From an uncultured bacterium (GTDB lineage Bacteria > Zhuqueibacterota > QNDG01 > DTFT01): a DNA stretch of 21,790 nucleotides. The notes beneath the pieces were generated by a model that was given only the letters and a program-made list of their open reading frames with translations, was not told where the DNA came from and did not search any database. The stretch lies in assembly GCA_963736115.1 (NCBI GenBank), contig CAVTNR010000024.1, positions 1-21,790 of the forward strand, read 5' to 3'. Positions within the stretch are counted from its first letter, which is position 1. The number at the start of each line of letters is the position of its first letter. Positions 1 to 8,883 of the stretch are shown here, piece by piece. A program made the position numbers and the translations under genes.

Positions 1-5
1 CCGCC

Positions 6-36
6 GCCGACCGTGGGTCCGCCACGGACCGTCGGC
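6..36. terminator. GC-rich hairpin just downstream of tusA (possible end of the operon)
   Basis: GCCGAC/CCGTGG pair with CCACGG/GTCGGC; any U-tract would lie outside the window. Confidence 0.3.
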
Positions 37-50
37 CGGAACCGGCTGTT

Positions 51-281
51 TCATTTCCGGATCAGAATACGCCAGGATCCGTCGGGTGCGTCGCTGACCT
101 CGAGGAGTTCCAGCCGCAGGGAATCCACGGCCATCGGGATTTCTTTTTTGGAGGCCGAGTGCGTGCCGCGGATTTCGATGATCTGGCCCTTCTGCGCCTT
201 CATCACGGCTTTGCGCATCTCGACCAGGGGGATGGGGCAGGTCTGCCCGGTCACGTCAACGAATAGGTCCGCCTGCATCAT
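51..281 (-). CDS. tusA: TusA/SirA-family sulfur carrier protein
   Basis: 76 aa with DVTGQTCPIP (CPxP persulfide motif) and C-terminal WRILIRK strand; start overlaps the upstream stop (ATGA, 278-281). Confidence 0.9.
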   Translation of the reverse strand: MMQADLFVDVTGQTCPIPLVEMRKAVMKAQKGQIIEIRGTHSASKKEIPMAVDSLRLELLEVSDAPDGSWRILIRK

Positions 282-916
282 GCGCCCCGGAAAACGACTT
301 TCACGGAGCGGACATCCCAGAGGGGTTCGATGCGCTCCTGGATCTCGTTCCGGAGATTGGCGGCAAACTGGTGGTCCTCCGGCAGTTCGACGAATACCGT
401 GATGTCCCCCGCCTCGATGCGGACCTCCGTCACGATCTTGGTCCGTACGACATCGAGTCCGGCGAGCGGATTGATCACGCGGGAGAGCCGCTTCATCACG
501 ATTTTCTCGTCTGTAGGGACTTTTTCCTTCAGCAGGCCGTGCCGGTGCTCGTAGTTCTCAATCGCCGTTTTCAGCGCGTCGACGGCCAGAACCGCGCAAT
601 GCACTTTCACCGGAGGCAGGCCGCCGAGCTCCTCGTTGGCCTTCTGCCAGGTGATGGCCTTCGCTTCCTCGATTGTGCGTCCCTTGGCCAGGTCCGTGAT
701 GATGGATCCCGTGGCGATGTTCGAAGCGCACCCGTAGGACTCGAATTTGATGTCCGTGATGGTTTTCGTCGGCGCATCCACCTTCAGGCTCAGCTTGACC
801 ATGTCTCCGCAGGCGGGGCTGCCCTCGGTGGCCGTCGCGTCCGGATTTTCGACCTGCCCCACGTTGTGGGGATGCATGAAATGTTCGAGAATTTTCTGGG
901 TATAGGGAATGGACAT
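278..916 (-). CDS. iscU: IscU/NifU-N Fe-S scaffold fused to a C-terminal DUF59/SufT-like (FeS_assembly_P) domain
   Basis: ILEHFMHPHNVG, GSPACGD, FESYGCAS and LPPVKVHC supply the three scaffold Cys; an extra ~75 aa (LSRVINPLAGLDVVRTKIVTEVRIE...VRSVKVVF) follows the DUF59 pattern. Confidence 0.88.
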   Translation of the reverse strand: MSIPYTQKILEHFMHPHNVGQVENPDATATEGSPACGDMVKLSLKVDAPTKTITDIKFESYGCASNIATGSIITDLAKGRTIEEAKAITWQKANEELGGLPPVKVHCAVLAVDALKTAIENYEHRHGLLKEKVPTDEKIVMKRLSRVINPLAGLDVVRTKIVTEVRIEAGDITVFVELPEDHQFAANLRNEIQERIEPLWDVRSVKVVFRGA

Positions 917-923
917 GATCCGT

Positions 924-2096
924 TCACTCCTTTTTTGCCAGCGGGCTGATTCTCCGGAGCGCTTCGACCACCTCCCGGCAGGCTTCAGCCGTCCGGCGGA
1001 TTTCGTCGTCGGTATTGAACCGGCTCAGCGTGAACCGGATTGACCCGTGCGCGCGCTCGTGCGAATAGCCCATGGCCATCATCACGTAACTGGGTTCGAG
1101 GGACCGGGAGAAGCAGGCCGATCCCGTGATCACTGCAATGCCCTTCATGTCGAGATGAAGCACCACGGATTCGCCCTCAACATAGGGAAAGGACACGTTC
1201 ACATTGCCGCAAAGCCGTTTCGCAGGATCGGCCGGTCCGTTGACCTGCGCGTCCGGGACGGCCTCGAGCAGCAGCGCGAACAGTTTTTTCTGCAGTATAC
1301 GGACCGATTCGACGGCGGTGTCATCGGCGATTTCGACGGCTTTTCCGAATCCCACCGCGGCCGCGACGTTTTCCGTGCCGGCCCGTCGGTCGTTTTCCAT
1401 GTAGCCGCCCTGCTGGATCTTTTCCAACGCCGTCCCCTTCCGGACGTAGAGGGCGCCGATGCCCTTCGGCCCGTGCATCTTGTGGGCGGTCACCGTGACC
1501 AGGTCGGCCGAAATCGAGCGGACGTCCAGGCCGGTCCGGGTAAACGAGAGGGATGCATCGACATGAAACAGCGCGCCGTTTTTCCGGCACAGGTCCGCCA
1601 CGGCATCAACGGGCTGAAGGGTTCCCACCTCCTGATTGCCCTGCTGAACGCTGACGATCGCGGTTTGGTCCGTCACGGCCGTCTCGAGGCGGTTCAAATC
1701 GATGAAGCCTTCGCCGTCCACGGGAACCACGGTGAGCGGGAATCCCCGCTTTTCAAGCCACCGGCAGGTCTGCAGAACGGAAGTGTGCTCGATCGACGAA
1801 CAGACAATGCCCTTTCGTATCGGCCCGGCTGCGGCCGCGGCGCCCTTGAGCGCCAGATTGTTCGATTCCGTGCCCCCGGAGGTGAAAACGATCTCGTCCG
1901 GCCCGGCTCCGAGCCGCTCCGCCAGAACGGACCGGGCCCGGTCGAGCGCTTCTTTCGCGAGAATACCCGGCGTATGGGAAAATTGCGAGGACGCGACCGC
2001 GTATGTCTCGGTAAAAAATGGAAGCATGGCCTCAACGACCCGGGGATCGACCCGTGAGGAGGCCGCGTTGTCCAGATAGATCATGCGATTATCCAA
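924..2096 (-). CDS. iscS: Cysteine desulfurase, IscS/NifS group I
   Basis: IYLDNAAS, FTSGGTESNN, HVDA, TAHKMHGPKG (PLP Lys), GSAC (catalytic Cys), HGSIRFTL. Start is either TTG at 2096 or ATG at 2084. Confidence 0.93.
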   Translation of the reverse strand: MDNRMIYLDNAASSRVDPRVVEAMLPFFTETYAVASSQFSHTPGILAKEALDRARSVLAERLGAGPDEIVFTSGGTESNNLALKGAAAAAGPIRKGIVCSSIEHTSVLQTCRWLEKRGFPLTVVPVDGEGFIDLNRLETAVTDQTAIVSVQQGNQEVGTLQPVDAVADLCRKNGALFHVDASLSFTRTGLDVRSISADLVTVTAHKMHGPKGIGALYVRKGTALEKIQQGGYMENDRRAGTENVAAAVGFGKAVEIADDTAVESVRILQKKLFALLLEAVPDAQVNGPADPAKRLCGNVNVSFPYVEGESVVLHLDMKGIAVITGSACFSRSLEPSYVMMAMGYSHERAHGSIRFTLSRFNTDDEIRRTAEACREVVEALRRISPLAKKE

Positions 2097-2108
2097 GATT
2101 GCGCCTGA

Positions 2109-2429
2109 TTAATAGAAATACCGGGCGAAAAACACGAAAACGACCAGGGCGGCCGCGCTGGCAACCGCGAAGGCCCTGGCCTTGTTCCGGACCGAAGCCA
2201 TCCGTATGCGGAGGATGCCATAGGCCGCGTGCACGGTAAACAGCAGGAGAAACGGGACGTCCACCCAGCGCGAAAAATGCATCCAATGCGCCGCGGCTTC
2301 CCCCGGAAAGGGGGCGGCGCCGGCCAGACGCAGACCCGACACCATTTTCATGCCCGCGAACAGAATCAGGAGGAGTCCGCTCCACCGGTGAACGTGCCTC
2401 ACGATCAGGACGGAATCGGCGTCTTTCAT
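2109..2429 (-). CDS. Small three-TM membrane protein, SdhC/SdhD-like cytochrome b type (orphan)
   Basis: Likely start ATG 2429 (GGAGG upstream), 106 aa, three hydrophobic segments. HVHRWSG and VHAAYGILRI resemble the HRxxG and HxxxGIR motifs of SQR/QFR membrane anchors. Confidence 0.6.
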   Translation of the reverse strand: MKDADSVLIVRHVHRWSGLLLILFAGMKMVSGLRLAGAAPFPGEAAAHWMHFSRWVDVPFLLLFTVHAAYGILRIRMASVRNKARAFAVASAAALVVFVFFARYFY

Positions 2430-2487
2430 GGAATGCCTCCGATGACGATCGAACAGGGCAACGGGACTCGCGAGAGACGGAATCGAC

Positions 2488-2994
2488 TCAGGGCCCGATA
2501 TGCACCATGTCGTACTGAAAATCCTCGCGGTCAAAGTACGCCTCATCCCGCATGCACAGGTCGAATTCCCCCTTCAGCAGGAAATAATGCCCGTGTTCCA
2601 TGCTGGCAAGGTACTGGAGCACTTCGCGGAGGCCCCGGTCCTCCACGTTTTGGGAGAGGCTGTCATAGAACTCTTCGGCCGCTTTTTCCGCGTCCATCGC
2701 GATTTCCAGGAGATCCGGAACCGAGTGGGACTCATTCAACGACAGGGAGAGCGCGGGAAGGATGGACCGATCGGATTCGGCGGGTTCACGCCCCTTCGCC
2801 ACTTTCCGGTGAATTGCCGTCAGCAGTTCTCGGTGCCGCTTCTCCTCGTCCTCGAGGAAACGCATCTTTTCCTTGAGCATGAAATTCCGGATCTGGCTGT
2901 TCAGCTTCCGGTAAACCTCCGTCGCGTCGGTCTCGGAACGGACCGCCATGGAGAGGGCTTTCTCAACGGACAGGGAAGAAAGGTCGATCGGCAT
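2488..2994 (-). CDS. Ferritin-like (rubrerythrin/erythrin family) di-iron protein without a rubredoxin domain
   Basis: AVRSE...Y, EEKRH, AMDAE...FY, MEHGH give two E...ExxH repeats; GGAGG RBS. Confidence 0.85.
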   Translation of the reverse strand: MPIDLSSLSVEKALSMAVRSETDATEVYRKLNSQIRNFMLKEKMRFLEDEEKRHRELLTAIHRKVAKGREPAESDRSILPALSLSLNESHSVPDLLEIAMDAEKAAEEFYDSLSQNVEDRGLREVLQYLASMEHGHYFLLKGEFDLCMRDEAYFDREDFQYDMVHIGP

Positions 2995-3012
2995 GCAGCT
3001 TCCTCCCCCGCC

Positions 3013-3411
3013 TCAGCCTGAGATTGCGACCGGCTTTTCCGACTGCCACAGCCCGTGAATATTGCACAGGGCGAGGACGGTCAGGACGCCGGGTTTCGTG
3101 ACTTTCACCGTCGCCGTCACCTGGGAGGCGGCGTGCACGGGTCCCTGGTTCGGCCCTTCGGCGCTTTCTCCATGCGCGCTGAATTCGAAATGACCCACCT
3201 GAAAGGGGAATTTCGCGCCGTCCGCCTGAAAATAGAGGTCGATCCAGCGGATGTGATGCTCGGTGGTGTTCGGGTGCGCGATCTCGCGTCCGACGGTGAT
3301 TCGCACATCGAACCCTTCGCCGGGCTTGACCGCCTCGGCGCATTCGATGAAAGGCACGTGTTTCTCCGCCTTCCAGTCGGCGGACTGAATCGATTCGGTC
3401 AGTTTTGACAT
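3013..3411 (-). CDS. sor: 1Fe superoxide reductase (neelaredoxin, class II SOR-like)
   Basis: EKHVP, HPNTTEHHIRWI and CNIHGLW give the full His4-Cys ligand set; there is no N-terminal desulforedoxin domain. Confidence 0.93.
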   Translation of the reverse strand: MSKLTESIQSADWKAEKHVPFIECAEAVKPGEGFDVRITVGREIAHPNTTEHHIRWIDLYFQADGAKFPFQVGHFEFSAHGESAEGPNQGPVHAASQVTATVKVTKPGVLTVLALCNIHGLWQSEKPVAISG

Positions 3412-3436
3412 TTCCTCTCCTCAACGATTTCTGTCA

Positions 3437-4075
3437 TCAACCGCACGGGCAGAGGGACATTCGACGTCCGGCTGATCGGACGATTGAAAGAACGCGCGTC
3501 GACGCCGTCGCGTCAAGCATTTTCGTCATGTTGGGGATCGAGCTGTAATACGGGCTAAGCTTGAGGGCCACCGGGATTTTTACGCTGCGCTTCACCTCCA
3601 GCGCGAGTCCGGTGATCATGTCCTCGACCGCAAGCGCGTCGACGTCGGGATCCGTGGGGATGTAATAGGTGTTGAGTTCAAGCCCGTCCGCGCCCGCCTG
3701 TTCGATTTCCCGGGCGTAGCGGATCCATCCGCCCGTGGAAACGCCGTTCAGACTTCCGAGAACGGGGATGCCCGTCGCTTCTTTGGCCTTCCGGATCAAT
3801 TCCAGAATCCCTTCCGCGCCCATGTGGAAATCGCGGATGTCCGGAAAATTGCTCGGCGATTCCCAGTATGTCTCCGTTCCCTGGTTCAGGTTCCGATCCA
3901 GTCCGATCTCCTCGATCCGGATCTGCTCTTCGAAAACGGAATGCATCACCACGGCCGACGCCCCTGAGTCCTCCATTTGACGGAGATTGTCGAGAGATTC
4001 GCTCAATGGCGAGGGGGATACCACCAGCGGATTTTTCAGGGAAATCCCCATGTAGGTTGTGGACAGATCAGCCAT
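3437..4075 (-). pseudogene. Dihydroorotate dehydrogenase-like flavoprotein (PFOR-associated), 3'-truncated or degenerate
   Basis: LSTTYMGISLKNPLVVSPSPLS, GASAVVMHSVFEEQI, GADGLELN and IPVALKLSPY match the family. After MLDAT the DNA shows frameshifted remnants of GVDALVLFNRFYQPD, then roughly a third of the expected protein is missing. Confidence 0.75.
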
Positions 4076-4110
4076 GAGCGTTTCTCCCGGGAGTTCGGGG
4101 TTCGGGTTTT

Positions 4111-4200
4111 CGAAAAGCGGATGGAGGAACCGGTCCCGGCGGGGTCACATCTTCGCCGCCGGACGGATTGCGCCCGGTCTCTCCATCCGTTCCGTTTTCG
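4111..4200. other. Long imperfect inverted repeat between PFOR and the DHODH-like gene (stabilising or attenuating hairpin)
   Basis: CGAAAA 4111-4116 pairs with TTTTCG 4195-4200; CGGATGGAG 4118-4126 pairs with CTCCATCCG 4181-4189; inner CCGGCGG pairs with CCGCCGG. Confidence 0.5.
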
Positions 4201-4202
4201 GA

Positions 4203-7200
4203 CTATTCCGGTTTTACCTGCGCGCCCGGCATGTTCGCCATGTGCTCGTACAGCTTCCACCGGAGGGCGACGTCCTCCTGCGCCTGCTTCAGCAGGAACT
4301 TCGCATGCTCCGGATTGGTCTTGGTGAGCATGCTGTAGCGGGTTTCGTTGTAGATGTACTGTTCGAGCGGAATCGCCGGCGCCTTGGAATCGAGGACCAG
4401 GGGATTCTTGCCCTGTTCCGCCAGGTCGGGATTGTACCGAAGCAGCGGCCAGTAACCGGACTGAACCGCGGCCTTCTGCTGGTTCAGGCCGTTGACGAGA
4501 TTGTACCCGTGGTTGATGCAGTGGCTGTACGCGATGACGATCGACGGCCCCTTGTAGGCTTCGGCCTCGAGCACGGCCTTGACGGTCTGCGCGTCGTTCG
4601 CGCCGAGGGCCACGCGCGCCACGTAAACGTTGGTGTACGCCATGGCCATCATGGCCAGGTCCTTCTTCGGCGCGGGCTTCCCTCCCGCGGCAAATTTGGC
4701 GACGGCGCCGCGGGGCGTGGCTTTTGACGCCTGCCCGCCTGTGTTGGAATAAACCTCGGTGTCGAGCACGAGGATGTTCACGTTACGGCCCGAGGCGATG
4801 ACGTGGTCCAGACCGCCGTATCCGATATCGTAGGCCCAGCCGTCCCCGCCGATGATCCAGACGCTCCGTTTCACGAGCGAATCGGCCACTGCAGCGAGCT
4901 GTCCCGCCTCGGGCTTCTGGATGCTGCCCAGCTTCTTCTTCAGCTCGGCCACCCGGCCGCGCTGGGCGTTGATTCCGGTTTCATCGGACTGTTCCGACGA
5001 AAGGAGCGAGTCGACGAGGGCGTCCCCGAGGTCCGCGGAAAGGGTTTTCAGAAGTTCGCAGGCGAACTCCAACTTCTTGTCCTCCGCGAGACGGAGACCC
5101 ATGCCGAACTCGGCGTTGTCCTCAAACAGGGAGTTGGACCAGGCCGGTCCGCGCCCGTCACGGTTGACGGAATACGGGGTGGTCGGCAGGTTGGCTCCGT
5201 AAATCGAGGAGCAGCCCGTGGCGTTGGCGACGAGCATCCGGTCGCCGAAGAGCTGACTGAGCAGTTTGACGTACGGAGTTTCACCGCATCCGGCGCAGGC
5301 GCCGGAAAACTCGAACAGCGGTTCCAGGAGTTGGAGGTCCTTCACCGTGTTGACCTTGAGGCGGTTTCGGTCCATATCGGGCAGACCCAGGAAAAATTCC
5401 CAGTTCTCGCTCTCCGCTTCACGCAGGGGCGCCTGGGTGGCCATGCCGAGCGCTTTTTTGGACGCGTCCTGCTTGTTCTTCGCGGGGCAGACCTGGAAGC
5501 ACAGAGAGCAACCGGTGCAGTCTTCGGGCGACACCTGAATGGTGTATTTCATGCCGGCGAATTCCTTCCATTTCGCCTCGGTGCTCTTGAGGGTCTTCGG
5601 CGCCTTCGCGAGAAGGCCGGCGTCATACACCTTGGCGCGAATCACGGCGTGCGGACACACCGACGAACATTTGCCGCACTGGATGCAGGTGTCCGGATCC
5701 CACACCGGAATTTCCAGTGCGATGTTCCGCTTCTCCCATTTCGTCGTGGCCGACGGAAAGGTGCCGTCCACCGGGAAATCCCCGACGGGGATGTCGTTGC
5801 CCTTTCCGGCGATGATGCGGGCCGTGACCTTCCGGACGAATTCAGGGGCGTTCTTGGGGACGGCCGCCCGCATGTCGAACTGGCTGGTGGCCTGAGCGGG
5901 AACCTTCACCTCGTGCAGGTTGGACACCGCGCTGTCGATGGCCTGGTAGTTCATCTGCAGGACGGATTCGCCGCGCTTGCCGTAATTCTTCTTGGTGAAG
6001 GTCTTGATGTACGCGATCGCCTCGTCCTTCGGCAGCACGTTGCTGATGGCGAAGAAACAGGTCTGCATGATCGTGTTGATACGGACACCGAGTCCGACTT
6101 CTTTGGCGATCTTGTACGCGTCGATGACGTAGAAACGTAGCTTCTTACGGATGATGTCCTCCTGGACCTTCTTCGGCAGGCGGCTCCCATACTTCGGCCG
6201 CGTCGAAGGAACTGTTGAGGAGGAACGTGGCCCCCGTTTCCGCCACGGCCAGCATGTCGTACCGCTCCAGAAAGGTGAACTGGTGGCACGCCACGAAATT
6301 CGCCTTGTCGATGAGGTAGGAGGAACGGATGGGATCCTTTCCGAACCGCAGGTAGCTGGTCGTGAGCGTGCCCGCCTTCTTCGAATCGTAGAAGAAGAAT
6401 CCCTGCGCGTTGAATTCCGTCTCTTCGCCGATGATCTTGATCGAGCTCTTGTTGGCGCTCACCGTCCCGTCCGCGCCGAGGCCGTAGAACACGGCTCGTG
6501 TGCGATCGGCGGGCTCGGTGGAAAAGGCCGCGTCGACCGTGAGGGAGAGATGCGTCACATCGTCCTCGATGCCGACCGTGAAATGGGTCTTGGCGTCCTT
6601 CTTCCCCAGTTCATCAAAAACCGCCTTGACCATGGCCGGCGTGAATTCCTTGGAGGACAGGCCGTACCGCCCGCCGATGACGCGCGGGGAGAACCCCGCG
6701 TCCAGCAGGCCGGTGGCTTTGGATTCGGCGATGGCGGAGAGGACGTCGATGTACAGCGGTTCGCCGGAGGCGCCCGGTTCCTTCGTCCGGTCCAGCACCG
6801 CGATCTGCTTCACAGATTTCGGCAGCGCCTTCGCGAAATGCGCCAACGAGAGCGGGCGGTAGAGGCGGACCTTGAGAACGCCGACGGATTCGCCCTTCTT
6901 CACGAGATGATCCACCGTCTCGTGCGCCACTTCGGCTCCCGACCCCATGAGGATGATGAGTTTTTCCGGATCGGGCGCGCCGACGTAGTCGAAGAGTGCG
7001 TACTTACGGCCGGTGATGGATGCGAACAGGTCCATGGATTTCTGGACGATGTCCGGGCAGGCCGTGTAGAAGGGATTAATGCGCTCGCGCGCCTGGAAGA
7101 ATACGTCGGGATTCTGGGCCGTGCCCCGGATGAAGGGTTTGTCGGGCGAGAGTGCCCGTTCACGGTGCTGCCGGACCAGATCGTCCGGGATCATGGCCCG

Positions 7201-7773
7201 CATCTCCTCCCTGGAGAGCGTACAGACCTTGGCCACCTCGGCGGACGTGCGGAATCCGTCGAAGAAGTGCAGGAACGGGATGCGGGCGTGCAAGGTGGCG
7301 TTCTGCGCGATCAGCGCGAAGTCACCGGCTTCTTGCACGGAGTTGGACGCCAGCAGCGCCCATCCCGCGGAGCGGGTTGCCATCACGTCGCTGTGATCCC
7401 CGAAAATCGACAGAGCATGGGTCGCCAGCGTGCGGGCTGAAACATGGAATACCGTGGATGTGAGCTCGCCGGCGATTTTGAACATGTTGGGGATCATGAG
7501 GAGCAGGCCCTGCGAGGCGGTGAAGGTGGTTGTTAGCGCCCCGGCCTGAAGCGCGCCGTGCACGGCGCCAGAGGCGCCGCCCTCGCTCTGCATCTCGGTG
7601 ACCTGCGGGACCGTGTTCCAGATGTTCGTCTTCCCCTCGGCCGCCCATTGGTCGGATAGCTCCCCCATCGTCGACGAGGGGGTGATGGGATAAATCGCGA
7701 TGACTTCATTGGTATGATAGGCGGCGTGCGCGGCACCCTCATTCCCGTCAATGGTGACCATTTTCTTGCTCAT
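4203..7773 (-). CDS. nifJ: Pyruvate:ferredoxin (flavodoxin) oxidoreductase, homodimeric type; one apparent +1 frameshift near 6187
   Basis: Start ATG 7773 (AAGGAGG upstream). Motifs IDGNE, YPITPSS, MQSEGGA, GLGADGTV, two 4Fe-4S motifs (CIQCGKCSSVCP, CTGCSLCFQVCP), GACAGCGETPY, GGDGWAYDIG. Removing one C of CCC 6186-6188 joins the two ORFs (VWSRLPKKVQEDIIRKKLRFYVIDA...RINTIMQTCFF). Confidence 0.95.
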
Positions 7774-8044
7774 TAAAAACATCCTCCTTGGATTGATTCT
7801 ATAGAAAGCACAAAAACGACGAGTTCATGCACCGAAATGACGGCGGTCCCCTGCACCGCGAAACCGGTCTGGTTTCGTTGTCTGGCGAGGGGACGGGGTC
7901 TTCCGTTCCAGAACCGCGGAAGGGACCGGATTTGTCAACTATTTATCGACAGATGGATCGACGATCCGAACGACGATCGAATGGTTTTCCATCCGTCGTG
8001 GATTCTCCAATCGGAAATCGTCCATCCTCGATCGTAAAATGTTC

Positions 8045-8533
8045 TCAGTCGGACTTACGCCGCCCAGCTCCGCGTCGATGAAGAAACAGACCCTGGTTGC
8101 CGGCGAGCTTCAGACGGGTGACGATTTCGCCCGCGTGGGCCTCCTCTTCCACTTGCTCATTCACGTACCACTGGAGCAGATTCTGCGTGGCGTAATCCTT
8201 CTCGGCCACCGCCTGGTCGGTCAGCTTGTGAATGCACGCGGTGATGTGTTGTTCATGCTTCAGCGCCTTCTCGAAGAGGTCGGAGAGGGGCCCGAACGGT
8301 CCTTCCGGCTTCGAAATGGCCTTCAATTCGACCTGTCCTCCCTGTTCGAGGATATATCCGAAAAACTTCATCGCGTGGCCGGTTTCCTCGGCCGCCTGGG
8401 CCCCGAACCATTTCGCGGCGCCCTTGAATCCCTCCTGCTCGCAGTGCGCGGACATGGCGAGGTACAGGTAGGAAGAGAACATCTCCTCGTTGATCTGCTG
8501 GTTCAACGCGTCCTGCATTTTCTTGCTGATCAT
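8045..8533 (-). CDS. ftnA: Non-heme ferritin
   Basis: ALNQQINEEMFSSYLYLAMS, EETGHAMKF, ALKHEQHIT, LQWYVNEQVEEE. The C-terminus has two compensating indels (near 8085 and 8062) masking GLFFIDAELGRR. Confidence 0.93.
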   Translation of the reverse strand: MISKKMQDALNQQINEEMFSSYLYLAMSAHCEQEGFKGAAKWFGAQAAEETGHAMKFFGYILEQGGQVELKAISKPEGPFGPLSDLFEKALKHEQHITACIHKLTDQAVAEKDYATQNLLQWYVNEQVEEEAHAGEIVTRLKLAGNQGLFLHRRGAGRRKSD

Positions 8534-8712
8534 TTAAACCTCCTGTCATAGCGCGGCGGTAGTCAGATCCCGTTCCGGTGACGCACACTGCGGGATCCGC
8601 GGAATTCCGCCTGGACGCCGTATGATGCATCCCCACTAGAAGAGAGGGGTATTGTACCTGATCCGGGTTTGTTCCTAACCCGAACCGATCCGCCCCCGGC
8701 GGGCAGTCCGGT

Positions 8713-8872
8713 TCACTGTTTCTCGAACTGATCCTTCGATGCGCCGCAGTCCGGACATAACCAGTCTTCCGGTATCTGCTCGAAGGGAGTGCCCGGCTGA
8801 ACACCGTTGGCCGGATCGCCGTGCGCCGGGATCGTAGACGTATCCGCAGACGATGCAGACGTATTTGTCCAT
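8713..8872 (-). CDS. rub: Rubredoxin (apparent +1 frameshift at 8828-8830)
   Basis: AGGAGG RBS. Deleting one G of GGG gives [52 protein letters not shown] (52 aa, two CxxCG). The ORF track misses it. Confidence 0.92.
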
Positions 8873-8883
8873 GACAACCTCCT

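Noticed and set aside
2488-2994. Encapsulin cargo (encapsulated ferritin) system
   Set aside because: No encapsulin shell gene in the window and no LxIGSL-type targeting peptide on any ferritin-like protein.
4203-4300. Oxygen-stable PFOR with a Desulfovibrio africanus-type C-terminal disulfide extension
   Set aside because: The protein ends shortly after LYEHMA with no Cys-containing extension.
6145-6200. Naturally split PFOR or programmed ribosomal frameshift
   Set aside because: No slippery heptamer, the break is mid-domain, the second ORF has no RBS, and similar homopolymer indels occur in neighbouring genes.
8645-8680. ACCTGATCCGG resembling the TPP riboswitch core, near TPP-dependent enzymes
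   Set aside because: It is on the strand opposite all genes and lacks the properly placed CUGAGA and AGGGA elements.
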